DNA of 64,000 bases from Candidatus Hydrogenedentota bacterium. Lineage in GTDB: Bacteria > Hydrogenedentota > Hydrogenedentia > Hydrogenedentales > SLHB01. Both the position numbers and the translations under genes were made by a program. This document shows, piece after piece, positions 40,945 to 49,638 of the stretch. The stretch is taken from assembly GCA_045863335.1 (NCBI GenBank), contig BTVY01000001.1, positions 241,629 through 305,628 on the forward strand, read 5' to 3'. The notes under the pieces were generated by a model, which ran no database searches, had not been told where the DNA came from, and worked only from the letters and a program-made list of their open reading frames with translations. Positions within the stretch are counted from its first letter, which is position 1, and each line of letters opens with the position of its first letter.

Positions 40945-42201
40945 ATGGCAATCAACACAGACACGGCTAAAAAACTCGAAGAGGGACTGAATCCAGCAAC
41001 GCTCGAACGCATTTCGCAGGCCGTCGATCGCATCGTCCACGCCAAGGAACGCGGCGGAAACGTCGCGGTAGTAACGGGCAGCGGCCCCAATATTCACGAA
41101 GGCGTCACAACACTTATCGCCGAACTCATGCGGGCCGGCGTGGTCGATGCCGTAACAACCAGCTCCGCCGTGGTATCTCACGAAATGGGCGGCACGCTGG
41201 ACAAGGTCAAACGCTGCGCGGGCGCGGCGGTCGGCGTTTCTCCGTCGTTCACGCCGCGAGGCGGAGAATTCGAACTTACTCTAATGGACGACGAAACGCT
41301 GGACGCGATTCGCCGTTACATGCCGGTCGACGACGGGCTGATCGAGCGGCTCAAGCGTGCGGATGGAAAAACCATCATCAAGGCCGCCGGCAATCTCGGC
41401 TATCCCGTGGGGCTCTGGCTCGAACGCCTGTCCTGGGAGATTTGCGCCCTGGCCCGCAGTCACGGCGCCTCGTTTGAGGAAGTTGCCGGGTTGGGCGCGG
41501 ACGAGCGCACCATGATCGGCCGGGGAGCGCGGCTGGGTCTGCCGGTCCTCGTGACGATCCCCCAACTCATCGGCGGCGGCTCCGTCGGCCTGGCCATCGG
41601 TGACAGCATCAGCATTTCGGAACGGGCATCCCGCCTGGCTCGCATGCTCGACAAGGCGGACGTCATCATCGAGTCCGCCGTGGTTCTCACACAGGAAATC
41701 CACGACGGTCCCTTCGAACGGTACACCGGCCACGGCATGTGGGCCGCATGGCAAGGACACCAGTCCTATTCCCTCGAAGGAAAGAGCCTGATTCGCATCG
41801 ACCTCGACCCCGCGCTCGAACAAGTCTGGCAAGCCGAACAGGAAGGCAGCGCCGTTCAACAGGCCATCGCGAACGGACTGCCCAAAACGAAGGCATTCAA
41901 AGTTCCCTTCCGCATGGAAATGTCAGGCTTTGCCCGTCATGAAGGCAGCGTCCCGGTCATCGGCGATATCGGCGTGATTTGGCCGATCATGGCCTATCGT
42001 CTTGCCGAACGGCTTCATCTCGATCTCGAGTTTCTCTCCTATCCCCAACAAACCGAAGAGGGCAAAGCCATGCGCGAAGCCATCGTCCACGATATCAAGC
42101 CGATGAACCGCGACCGCATGCTGGAAGGTCTGCGGAATCGTATCGCGCAAGATCCGTCGATCTGGAAGGAACGATCTGAGGCCACGGCCTTCCTTCCCTA
42201 A
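40945..42201 (+). CDS. Deoxyhypusine-synthase-fold (DHS-like NAD-binding) protein of unknown function
   Basis: N-terminal 'VVTGSGPNIHEG...LMRAGVVDAVTTSSA..SHE' and C-terminal 'VIGDIGVIWPIM' parallel conserved DHS segments; no WGK catalytic-lysine motif seen. Confidence 0.55.
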   Translation: MAINTDTAKKLEEGLNPATLERISQAVDRIVHAKERGGNVAVVTGSGPNIHEGVTTLIAELMRAGVVDAVTTSSAVVSHEMGGTLDKVKRCAGAAVGVSPSFTPRGGEFELTLMDDETLDAIRRYMPVDDGLIERLKRADGKTIIKAAGNLGYPVGLWLERLSWEICALARSHGASFEEVAGLGADERTMIGRGARLGLPVLVTIPQLIGGGSVGLAIGDSISISERASRLARMLDKADVIIESAVVLTQEIHDGPFERYTGHGMWAAWQGHQSYSLEGKSLIRIDLDPALEQVWQAEQEGSAVQQAIANGLPKTKAFKVPFRMEMSGFARHEGSVPVIGDIGVIWPIMAYRLAERLHLDLEFLSYPQQTEEGKAMREAIVHDIKPMNRDRMLEGLRNRIAQDPSIWKERSEATAFLP

Positions 42202-42280
42202 GGTACCTCGTGTCATCGTTGTCCCTTTGGTCCTTTTGGTCCCTGATTTCGCCACTGCCCCTGAAAAACGGAGACACCCG

Positions 42281-43420
42281 ATGCCCAATCTCCTGCGCGT
42301 AGTACTCATTGCCCTGATAGCCGCCCCGCTTTCCCTCGCAGCCGAGACGGAGAAAGGACTCAATCGCAGCCAAATGCAAAACGCAACCTCCGCATCCGAC
42401 TTTCAAGCCGCCGTCAATAACGCAGGCGGCCGCGTCGATTTCGTATTTGGCGACGACCGCCCCTTCGCCGAATGCCACGCGTCCACCGTGGTACAAGCTC
42501 CCGACGGCTCCCTGCTGTGCGCATGGTTCGGCGGCACCCGGGAAAAAGATCCCGACGTGAGCGTTTGGATCTCCCGGTTCGATGGAACGGCTTGGTCCGC
42601 CCCAGAGAAAACCGCCAAGGTCGGTGAGGTCGCCCATTGGAACCCCGTGCTCTTTCGTGACTCGGACGACGTCATCTATCTCTTCTTCAAAGTCGGCGTC
42701 GACGAAGTGAATTGGGCCACCTATTGGATGCAGACCCAAGATGCTGGCGATACGTGGTCGGAACCGTTGCCGCTTGTCGAAGGCGATGTCGGCGGTCGCG
42801 GCCCGGTCAAGAACAAGCCGATCATCCTTTCCGACGGCACGTGGTTGGCCCCCGCATCGCTGGAGCGGAAAGAAGGAGAGCGTGAGATCTGGACCGCCTT
42901 CTCCGAGCGCTCCACGGACAACGGAAACACCTGGATTCGCTCCGCAGACTTCGCGTTACCGGAAGTACGCGACGAAAGATACGGCGGCCCAGGGGCAATT
43001 CAACCCACCTTCTGGGAGTCCTCGCCCGGCAAGGTCCACGCACTCATGCGCACCGGCGCGGGGGTGGCATGGCGTACCGATTCCAAAGACGGCGGTGTCA
43101 CCTGGTCTCCCCTCACTGCAACCGATCTGCCGAACAACAACAGCGGATTTGACGCGTTAAGACTTGAAGACGGTCGCGTACTCCTCGTGTACAATCCCGT
43201 GGGCGAAGACTGGGGTCCCCGCACGCCCCTCGACCTTGCCGTCACCGCGGATAATGGCGTCACCTGGCGGACGATCGCCCACCTCGAAGACGACTCCAAC
43301 CAGGAAAGCGAATACTCGTATCCCGCGATCGTCCGCACGGAAGACGGAATTGCCGTGACCTACACCTGGAAGCGGGAGCGCATTCGCAGCTGGCAAATCC
43401 CGAGGGCAGCGATAAAGTAG
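42281..43420 (+). CDS. Exported sialidase-like BNR/Asp-box protein (GH33-like)
   Basis: Signal peptide; CHASTV, WFGGTRE, Asp-boxes (T.DAGDTW, STDNGNTW, SKDGGVTW, TADNGVTW), IQP, PNNNSG, RTPL, YSYP. Confidence 0.85.
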   Translation: MPNLLRVVLIALIAAPLSLAAETEKGLNRSQMQNATSASDFQAAVNNAGGRVDFVFGDDRPFAECHASTVVQAPDGSLLCAWFGGTREKDPDVSVWISRFDGTAWSAPEKTAKVGEVAHWNPVLFRDSDDVIYLFFKVGVDEVNWATYWMQTQDAGDTWSEPLPLVEGDVGGRGPVKNKPIILSDGTWLAPASLERKEGEREIWTAFSERSTDNGNTWIRSADFALPEVRDERYGGPGAIQPTFWESSPGKVHALMRTGAGVAWRTDSKDGGVTWSPLTATDLPNNNSGFDALRLEDGRVLLVYNPVGEDWGPRTPLDLAVTADNGVTWRTIAHLEDDSNQESEYSYPAIVRTEDGIAVTYTWKRERIRSWQIPRAAIK

Positions 43421-43483
43421 GTCGCGTTCGTCCGCAATCTCCGGATATCGACCACGGCCATTCGTGAGGTCCGTGAGACAGTG

Positions 43484-44440
43484 CTACGATTTCGAGTCCA
43501 GCAACGCCTCGAGCTTGTCGAACGACCCGGTCCAACCCTGCGTCATGCTGGGGCGATGCTCCAGGAATGCGGCGACCTCTTCCGGCGTGAATTCCCCGAC
43601 CGGCTTCCAGGTCACGGTCACGCGGGACGACGTGTCTCCCTCCGCGGTCAACAGCACCGTCGTATGCATTGTCGCGGGCCACACGGGCAACTTCGGGTGG
43701 CGGCTGAGGCTCCCATCTTCATCGCAGAACTGCTGCGTGTAAACCAGGCGGCTCGGCTCCACGATCTCCTGGTACTCGATGCGTCCGTACATGGTGAGGT
43801 CGGTATGATTGGTCATCCGGTAATATGCGCTGCCGCCCGCGCGGATGTCCGCCTCAAGAAACTCCATATCGAGTCCGACCGGCGGAAGCCATTTCGAGAA
43901 GCGCCCGGGATCGGTCCACATCGTAAACAACACGTCGACAGGCACATCGAAACTGCGGTTGATGACGAAAATGTCGCGCCCGGCAATCTGCTTGTCCAGG
44001 TACTCCGCCAGGCGATCCCAGGTCCCATTGCCGCCCGCCTTCTTGATGAACTCGCGCGTCGCCTGCGCTTCCTCCGCAGTCCGCAACGCCATCGTCATAT
44101 CCATGGTCGTCTTGCCACCCGACTCGGCAAACGTCACCGTCACGCGAAACAGCGGCGCCCGCTCGTCGTTGGCGCCATGGTCGTATACGAGCTTCTTTCG
44201 CTCCTCCACCTCATGGTAGAGCGTCTTGTTCGGATAGTCGGTGCCGTCCGGGCCATGCATCGTGTAATGCCAGATGCCGCCGGGGCGCAGATCCTTGCTA
44301 TGGGTCGTCAAGGTGAACCCCCGAGGACCCCACCATTGGGCGGCTTGCTCAGGATCGGTCCAGGCATCCCAGACAATCTCAACGGGGGCATCGTACACGC
44401 GGATCAGGCGAATCTCATTCGGTTTGCTCGTGGGGGACAT
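43484..44440 (-). CDS. Tandem SRPBCC/AHSA1 domain protein
   Basis: Two repeats of R..DAP...VW.AWTDP...W.GP.G. Confidence 0.88.
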   Translation of the reverse strand: MSPTSKPNEIRLIRVYDAPVEIVWDAWTDPEQAAQWWGPRGFTLTTHSKDLRPGGIWHYTMHGPDGTDYPNKTLYHEVEERKKLVYDHGANDERAPLFRVTVTFAESGGKTTMDMTMALRTAEEAQATREFIKKAGGNGTWDRLAEYLDKQIAGRDIFVINRSFDVPVDVLFTMWTDPGRFSKWLPPVGLDMEFLEADIRAGGSAYYRMTNHTDLTMYGRIEYQEIVEPSRLVYTQQFCDEDGSLSRHPKLPVWPATMHTTVLLTAEGDTSSRVTVTWKPVGEFTPEEVAAFLEHRPSMTQGWTGSFDKLEALLDSKS

Positions 44441-44792
44441 GAGTTGACCTCTTTCTCTGGTTGGATTCGGCAGTAACGGTTTTCAGGTATTCATCAAGGC
44501 GATCAAGGCTTTCTTCCCAGAAGACCCGGTACTGCTCCATCCACTGGGCCGCGTTCTTGAGCGCTTCAGGATTAAGTTCGCAAGGCCGCCGCTGAGCATC
44601 CTGCGTCTTGGTCACGAGCCCCGCGCGTTCCAGCACCTTCAGATGCTTGGTCACCGCCGGCAAGCTCATCTTCCCAAGGAACGGCTGCGCCAACTCCGAG
44701 ACGTTGGCCGTCCCCTGCGCGAGCCGGGCAAGCATGGCACGCCGCGTGGGGTCGGCCAGGGCGGCGAAGGTTAGCGTCAATTGATCTCGCAT
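44415..44792 (-). CDS. ArsR/SmtB family transcriptional regulator
   Basis: FAALADPTRRA, SLPAVTKHLKVLERAGL. Confidence 0.92.
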   Translation of the reverse strand: MRDQLTLTFAALADPTRRAMLARLAQGTANVSELAQPFLGKMSLPAVTKHLKVLERAGLVTKTQDAQRRPCELNPEALKNAAQWMEQYRVFWEESLDRLDEYLKTVTAESNQRKRSTHVPHEQTE

Positions 44793-44798
44793 ACTCTA

Positions 44799-44828
44799 TA
44801 ACCAATCCGTTAATTAACCATTTGGTTA
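44799..44828. promoter_or_regulatory. Probable ArsR autoregulatory operator
   Basis: Perfect palindrome TAACCAA-T-TTGGTTA (44814-44828) plus an extra half-site TAACCAA (44799-44805) just upstream of the start codon. Confidence 0.7.
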
Positions 44829-44963
44829 TATTAAAACACAGAGGGCCGACCCTGTCAAGAAGAAATGTTGCACTGAAGGGGTCTGGGCTGCACCGACGGT
44901 GCAAATGGTTGGAATTCGGGACTTTTAAAAGTGCTGGCCACTGGGGACTCAGCCTGGAAAAGC

Positions 44964-45488
44964 TTACTCGATCATCTTCTCGAGCCCGCCGGCCATTCTC
45001 AATTTTCGGCTGACCTGATACGCGCCGGTGAATACCGTTTCGCTGTCATTGAGATTGGAGGGACACACGCGGGCGCTGGCCCGGTTCCAGGCAAGTACGA
45101 GGGTTTCCGGATTCGACCCAAAGGTGTACAGCCCGCGAACCAGCCCGGTGGGGCTGTGCCAATGAAGCTTCATGGGAGTGACGCTCGTATCGCAGAAGTA
45201 TTCGCCCACAAACGCGTTATCGGAAGGCGCGTCCATGGTCAGCGTGGTCTCCGTAAAGGTGAGAATGACGTCCCGGAAATACCCCCCACCCTGCAAGACG
45301 GTACAGATATCCCCAATCCAGGACCCTACAAGCCGCGGATCCTTGTCGGTGAGCTGGACCTCGTCGCGGGGATAATCCCCAAAGAGCAAGCCCATGGTCA
45401 GTGGCGATGGGTGCCCATTCGCCATAATTGAAGCCTCCACAAATAACGCCAACGCCGTTAACGCCTTACTAATTTCACTTAATACCAT
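44964..45488 (-). CDS. Hypothetical protein (lipocalin-like beta-rich)
   Basis: 174-aa ORF with LVGSW motif and D.SVTPMKL; fills the gap between co-oriented genes. Confidence 0.45.
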   Translation of the reverse strand: MVLSEISKALTALALFVEASIMANGHPSPLTMGLLFGDYPRDEVQLTDKDPRLVGSWIGDICTVLQGGGYFRDVILTFTETTLTMDAPSDNAFVGEYFCDTSVTPMKLHWHSPTGLVRGLYTFGSNPETLVLAWNRASARVCPSNLNDSETVFTGAYQVSRKLRMAGGLEKMIE

Positions 45489-45562
45489 AACGGGGATTCT
45501 GCGTCAAGGGTTAAGTCGTAGCACACCGCGTTTCGTACGGCGAGGTTCGAACCTAATCGGCG

Positions 45563-46153
45563 CTATGGAAGCGGAGGAACTTCCACGTGAAACCACCCCC
45601 GCAGGTCCCCGTCCGCAAAACCCACGGCCGCATCGTTCGGGTAGGCATCGGCCAGCGCGGCTTGAACTTCCGGCGCGATGGCGTCACGCGGACCGTGGCA
45701 TTGAAGACATTGGGAACTCAGGTGAATGGGCAACAAGGCCGCCAAGGAGCCATCTTCCCAGTTGGCGAGAAACAACGGTGAATCAACCCTGTTCTCCACA
45801 TACGGAGCCGCCCATGCTGGCGGGGCGTTCTCCGCATTGCGGAGGCGAAAGGAGGTTCGGCCAATGGTCACGTGGTGCTTGGCGCCGATCTCCGTGGCGA
45901 GCGCGGGCGCGATCTCTTTGCATACGCGGATGGCCGACGCGGCGTCACCGGTCTGCAAGGCTTCCTGCAGATGTCCCATCAGGGTTTGGGCGAGTTCATT
46001 CCGTGCGGCCAGGGCGCGTTCCTGCTGCGCGGCCTGCGCCGGAGTGAGCGCGTCGCCGCCAACCTCGGTCCAGCGCGGCGCGGTGGACTGGCACCCGTAG
46101 ATAAAGACACCGCCTGCAATCAGTCCGAGAGCGAGAAATCGTAACCTGCGCAT
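45563..46153 (-). CDS. DUF3365 / Tll0287-like c-type heme lipoprotein
   Basis: Lipobox-like YGC, RTSFRLRN..NAP, CLQCHG heme motif, GF..GDLRG; RBS GGAGG. Confidence 0.85.
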   Translation of the reverse strand: MRRLRFLALGLIAGGVFIYGCQSTAPRWTEVGGDALTPAQAAQQERALAARNELAQTLMGHLQEALQTGDAASAIRVCKEIAPALATEIGAKHHVTIGRTSFRLRNAENAPPAWAAPYVENRVDSPLFLANWEDGSLAALLPIHLSSQCLQCHGPRDAIAPEVQAALADAYPNDAAVGFADGDLRGWFHVEVPPLP

Positions 46154-46394
46154 CGTATGCTACCTCCACGTGCGTCGTTATTCGCTGAGCCGCTTCGTAC
46201 CTCGTGCGGCGTCTCGCCGGAAAGCACGGCCTATACTCTATCGACATCGGACGCGCTATTGCATCTGCCGGCACCCACTCGCTGCCCTCGGACGTTTCGG
46301 ACTCACCAAGTTGCGTAACACCCTTCTCGTCTGAAAAATGAAGTCTTCAGTTTAGAGTTACGATGGACCCCATTTCCAAAGAAGGAATCGTTAC

Positions 46395-47276
46395 ATGCAA
46401 ATCAGACGCGTCCGCGTTCCAGCCAACCATCCGTTACTCAAAGTCGGCGGGATGCTGGCATTGGCCGTATGTGGCTTCGCTGCCGCTGTCCCTCCCGACG
46501 GATCATGGGTCGATGCTGTGGCAATTCAGCTGCACCAAGCCTGGCAGGCGGGCGAACCCATGCCGCGGCTCAGCGCGAGCCGCCCCGACGCGACCCTCGA
46601 AGACGGATACCTCGTTCAAGAGGCCGTGGTCCAACGCATGTTCGGACCGGACGGCATCGGCGGATTCAAAGCGGCCGGGATCAGCCAGAGCGCGCGCGAC
46701 AACAATGGCGTCGACGGACCCTTGACCGGCGTGTTCCCCGCCTCCGGCATACACGAAGTCGATGACGCCATCATCGTCGATCTGTCCGAGGACGCGAACC
46801 GGCACGTGGAAACGGAGATGGGCTACATCTTCTCCGCTCCCATTTCAAAGCCGCTGCCAGACGTGGAAACCTTGAAGCAGCACATCGCATTCGTCGCGCC
46901 CATCGTCGAGCTTCCGGGCAACCCGGTGGACAACCACGAACCCAACACGACAGCCGACATGCTCGCCTGGAACATCAACGCGAAGGAACTCATCGTCGGG
47001 CCGCGACACGATCCGGCGGAGGTCGACGTGGACGCCGTGGCGATCACGCTGACGCACGATGGCGCCGTCGTAAACACCGCCAAGTCGGACGAAGCCGCCG
47101 GCGGACAATGGGACACGCTGCTCAAAACCGTCAACGACGTCGTCCGCCGCGGCTATACCGTCGAAACCGGCCACGTCATCACCAACGGCGCCCTCGGAAA
47201 GATCCTGAAAGCCGAACCCGGCCATTACCGCGCCGAGTTCAAGTCCCTCGGCGTCATCGAGTTTGACGTAAAGTAG
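46395..47276 (+). CDS. 2-keto-4-pentenoate hydratase-like (FAA hydrolase superfamily) protein with apparent signal peptide
   Basis: Y.VQ, GFKA, VETEMG, IVELP, G.VITNGALG motifs. Confidence 0.75.
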   Translation: MQIRRVRVPANHPLLKVGGMLALAVCGFAAAVPPDGSWVDAVAIQLHQAWQAGEPMPRLSASRPDATLEDGYLVQEAVVQRMFGPDGIGGFKAAGISQSARDNNGVDGPLTGVFPASGIHEVDDAIIVDLSEDANRHVETEMGYIFSAPISKPLPDVETLKQHIAFVAPIVELPGNPVDNHEPNTTADMLAWNINAKELIVGPRHDPAEVDVDAVAITLTHDGAVVNTAKSDEAAGGQWDTLLKTVNDVVRRGYTVETGHVITNGALGKILKAEPGHYRAEFKSLGVIEFDVK

Positions 47277-47343
47277 CCACAGAATCCATCTCAATTATCT
47301 TAGGCGGTGTTTCAAAAGTGACCTATCGACTAGCCGCAGCGAA

Positions 47344-47417
47344 TGTAGCGCAGGCGTCCCCGCCTGCATTCTTTGCGGTTCATTCCAGATCTTGCAGGCG
47401 GGGACGCCTGCGCTACA
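47344..47417. repeat. GTAG-type REP doublet (REPIN-like)
   Basis: TGTAGCGCAGGCGTCCCCGCCTGCA and its exact reverse complement TGCAGGCGGGGACGCCTGCGCTACA 24 bp apart, between convergent genes. Confidence 0.85.
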
Positions 47418-47466
47418 CCTGCCGCATGTCTCTTGAATCGCGTGAGACCACTTCGGAAACACGCGG

Positions 47467-49023
47467 TTACGCCTCTTCCGTTACCTTGTATTCCATGGCG
47501 TCGGCGAGGGCGAAAATCGGTTCCTTCAAATCGCCGTAAGCGGTCACACGGTGCCAGCCCCAACGGTCCCACTCCGTGAAGAGCTTTTCGAAATCCCCCA
47601 CGGGTTCCGCGCAGATCTTCGTGCGGCACGCGCGGTCATCGGGATCGTTGTCAACGGCCTTGCCCTGGTGGAACAGGATCTCTTTCTTCTCCGTATCCAC
47701 CTGGATGGTCGTAGTCATGTACCCGGTCGGAAGCACGGAGCGCACGGATGCGCCCTGCCGATCCTCGGAGTGGGTCATGATGTCGAATGGGTTCGCTTCG
47801 CCCTCGGGACCAAAGGCCCGGTTCGACGCCACGCAGTGAGCGTAGATGATCTGCCGCTTCGCCGTGTCCATCACCGGGTCGGAGATGTAACCGGGCCGCC
47901 CTTGCGTGAGCGCCGTCAGCGCGACCATGGACGCGGTGGATCGCACGTCGCATTCGCAGGCCCCGATGAGCCCCTGATTGTTCAGCTCGTGGAATCCCAG
48001 GCACGGGTACGCGTGGATGTGCCCGCCGTAGAACCCGCCGAGGCAGTTGATGGTGATGGCATTCGCGCCGTACTTGTCCATCACCGCCTTCTCGCCGAGA
48101 TACATGGCGGCCGAAGTTTCCAACACGTCGCGCGGCACGTCGATGATCGAGCGCGCACCCAGAGACCAATGATCCGCAATGGCCATAGCTTCGTCTTTAT
48201 CCGCGGAGGCCCAGGCATCGTTCAGCTCCGCGAAGGGAACTTTCACGACGGGGATCCCGAACATGGCCGGCTGATCGCCGGACTCCTGATCGCGCACGGC
48301 GAGGATCTTCGATTCGCCCAGACGCCGCACGCATTCCTCAGTCGACAACAACGCCACGGAATCGGGCAGGCAGCTCAGGTCGCCAGGCTTCGGCGTCGTC
48401 GCCACGCGTGCGCGCGCCACGGCCGCAACGAACTCGGCCGGCGCTCCCCCGCTCTGCACCACCGCGAAGCACTTCGCCGCCGCGACGAGGTCCTCAAACT
48501 TCGACGACGCGACAAACGCCACGTTCGGCGATTGACTGCGCAGGAACCCCGCCGTGTACACGAGGAACCCGCCGCTGCCCGCGAACTGGTAGTCGGCATA
48601 AATGACCGGCTTGCCCGTACCGGCCACAGTCTGGACGACCTTGTTCCAGCAGTTCATCTGGTAGACGATGTAGCCGTCGATGTTGGCGGTCGCATCGTCC
48701 GCGACGATCTTCGCCGCTTCCTCCTCGCCCGTGGCCATGGCGGAAACGATTTCGTATTCCGGACAGGCCTCCGCCAGACCGCCCGTGATGCGTTCCATCA
48801 CGGGATTAAAATCATAGCCCACGTTCGGCCAGTCCGGCCCCGGCTGCACGGCCGCGTGCAACGAGTAAATGATTTTGATCTTGGCCTTTTGCGCCCCTTG
48901 TGCCGCGTGAACCCGCCGCGGAGCGAACAGCGCTCCCGCCGCGCAGGCACACCCCGCCGCCAAGAATCGGCGACGGTTCATCTGGCACCCCATACACCCC
49001 GAAAGATTCCGTGACGTAACCAT
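47467..49023 (-). CDS. Tat-signal L-fucose/L-arabinose isomerase-like protein
   Basis: RRRFLAA Tat motif; AITINCL, PCLG, ACECD, YAHC, CRTK, HRV..YGD resemble the FucI/AraA C-terminal domain. Confidence 0.6.
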   Translation of the reverse strand: MVTSRNLSGCMGCQMNRRRFLAAGCACAAGALFAPRRVHAAQGAQKAKIKIIYSLHAAVQPGPDWPNVGYDFNPVMERITGGLAEACPEYEIVSAMATGEEEAAKIVADDATANIDGYIVYQMNCWNKVVQTVAGTGKPVIYADYQFAGSGGFLVYTAGFLRSQSPNVAFVASSKFEDLVAAAKCFAVVQSGGAPAEFVAAVARARVATTPKPGDLSCLPDSVALLSTEECVRRLGESKILAVRDQESGDQPAMFGIPVVKVPFAELNDAWASADKDEAMAIADHWSLGARSIIDVPRDVLETSAAMYLGEKAVMDKYGANAITINCLGGFYGGHIHAYPCLGFHELNNQGLIGACECDVRSTASMVALTALTQGRPGYISDPVMDTAKRQIIYAHCVASNRAFGPEGEANPFDIMTHSEDRQGASVRSVLPTGYMTTTIQVDTEKKEILFHQGKAVDNDPDDRACRTKICAEPVGDFEKLFTEWDRWGWHRVTAYGDLKEPIFALADAMEYKVTEEA

Positions 49024-49232
49024 AACAACATCCCTTCCCCCGAAGGATTTGATCCGCACGTTCCGGATCTAGGCTACACCCAAGGGCGGCGGCCTGTCCA
49101 CTGGAAAACCCCGGGCGGCGGGGCCAAAATTCGAAATCCGAAGCACGAAATCCGAAACAAATTCGAAAGTTCCAATGACCAAAACATGGCGCGCACGACA
49201 GGAAGTACGCTACGGCAGCCGATTTGGCGTTC

Positions 49233-49540
49233 GCAGCCCCGGAGGGGCGACTCGGCTGTAGTCACGCCACAGGCGTGATGGAGCGAGGCACGAGCGGAAC
49301 CCTAGGACACGCAGCCTCCCGACCTCACAGCCCCCGAATGGGGGCGGCACAATGGCCGTCACTGCGCGACGCCGGGGCAGCTCCATCATCGTCGGTACAC
49401 CCCCGCGCACCGTGAGGTGGGCCGGTATAAATGGCCTCGGCGACGGCTCGGGCTTTGGAGCCGATGGGGAATGCCTCGGGCGGGATTCCGCCGGCGCGGA
49501 GCGTGTCGAGGTAGTCCTGGAGGACTTTGTGGGCGTTCAT
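49233..49540 (-). pseudogene. Remnant 3' end of an HGG-motif gene paralog plus REP hairpin cluster; left arm of an inverted duplication
   Basis: Translates as VLQDYLDTLRAGGIPPEAFPIGS, matching ILQYYLDLIRDGKMPPEAFPIGS of the 53298-55031 protein; 49279-49349 matches the reverse complement of 55049-55119 at 69/71 nt. Confidence 0.75.
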
Positions 49541-49638
49541 CCCCTCTTTTGCAGGCACATACCAGCCAGACGTATGTAGCGATTGCCTATCCGAGTTCGA
49601 GAGCACTTGAGATTCGCCATTCCCCTATACCCTCGTCG

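Noticed and set aside
49540-49638. DUF3800-associated structured RNA or repeat array next to the DUF3800 gene
   Set aside because: No tandem repeats or convincing hairpins by eye directly downstream or in the 51013-51217 gap; the nearby hairpins belong to the duplicated REP cluster. An Infernal search with the Rfam DUF3800 motifs would be needed to exclude it fully.
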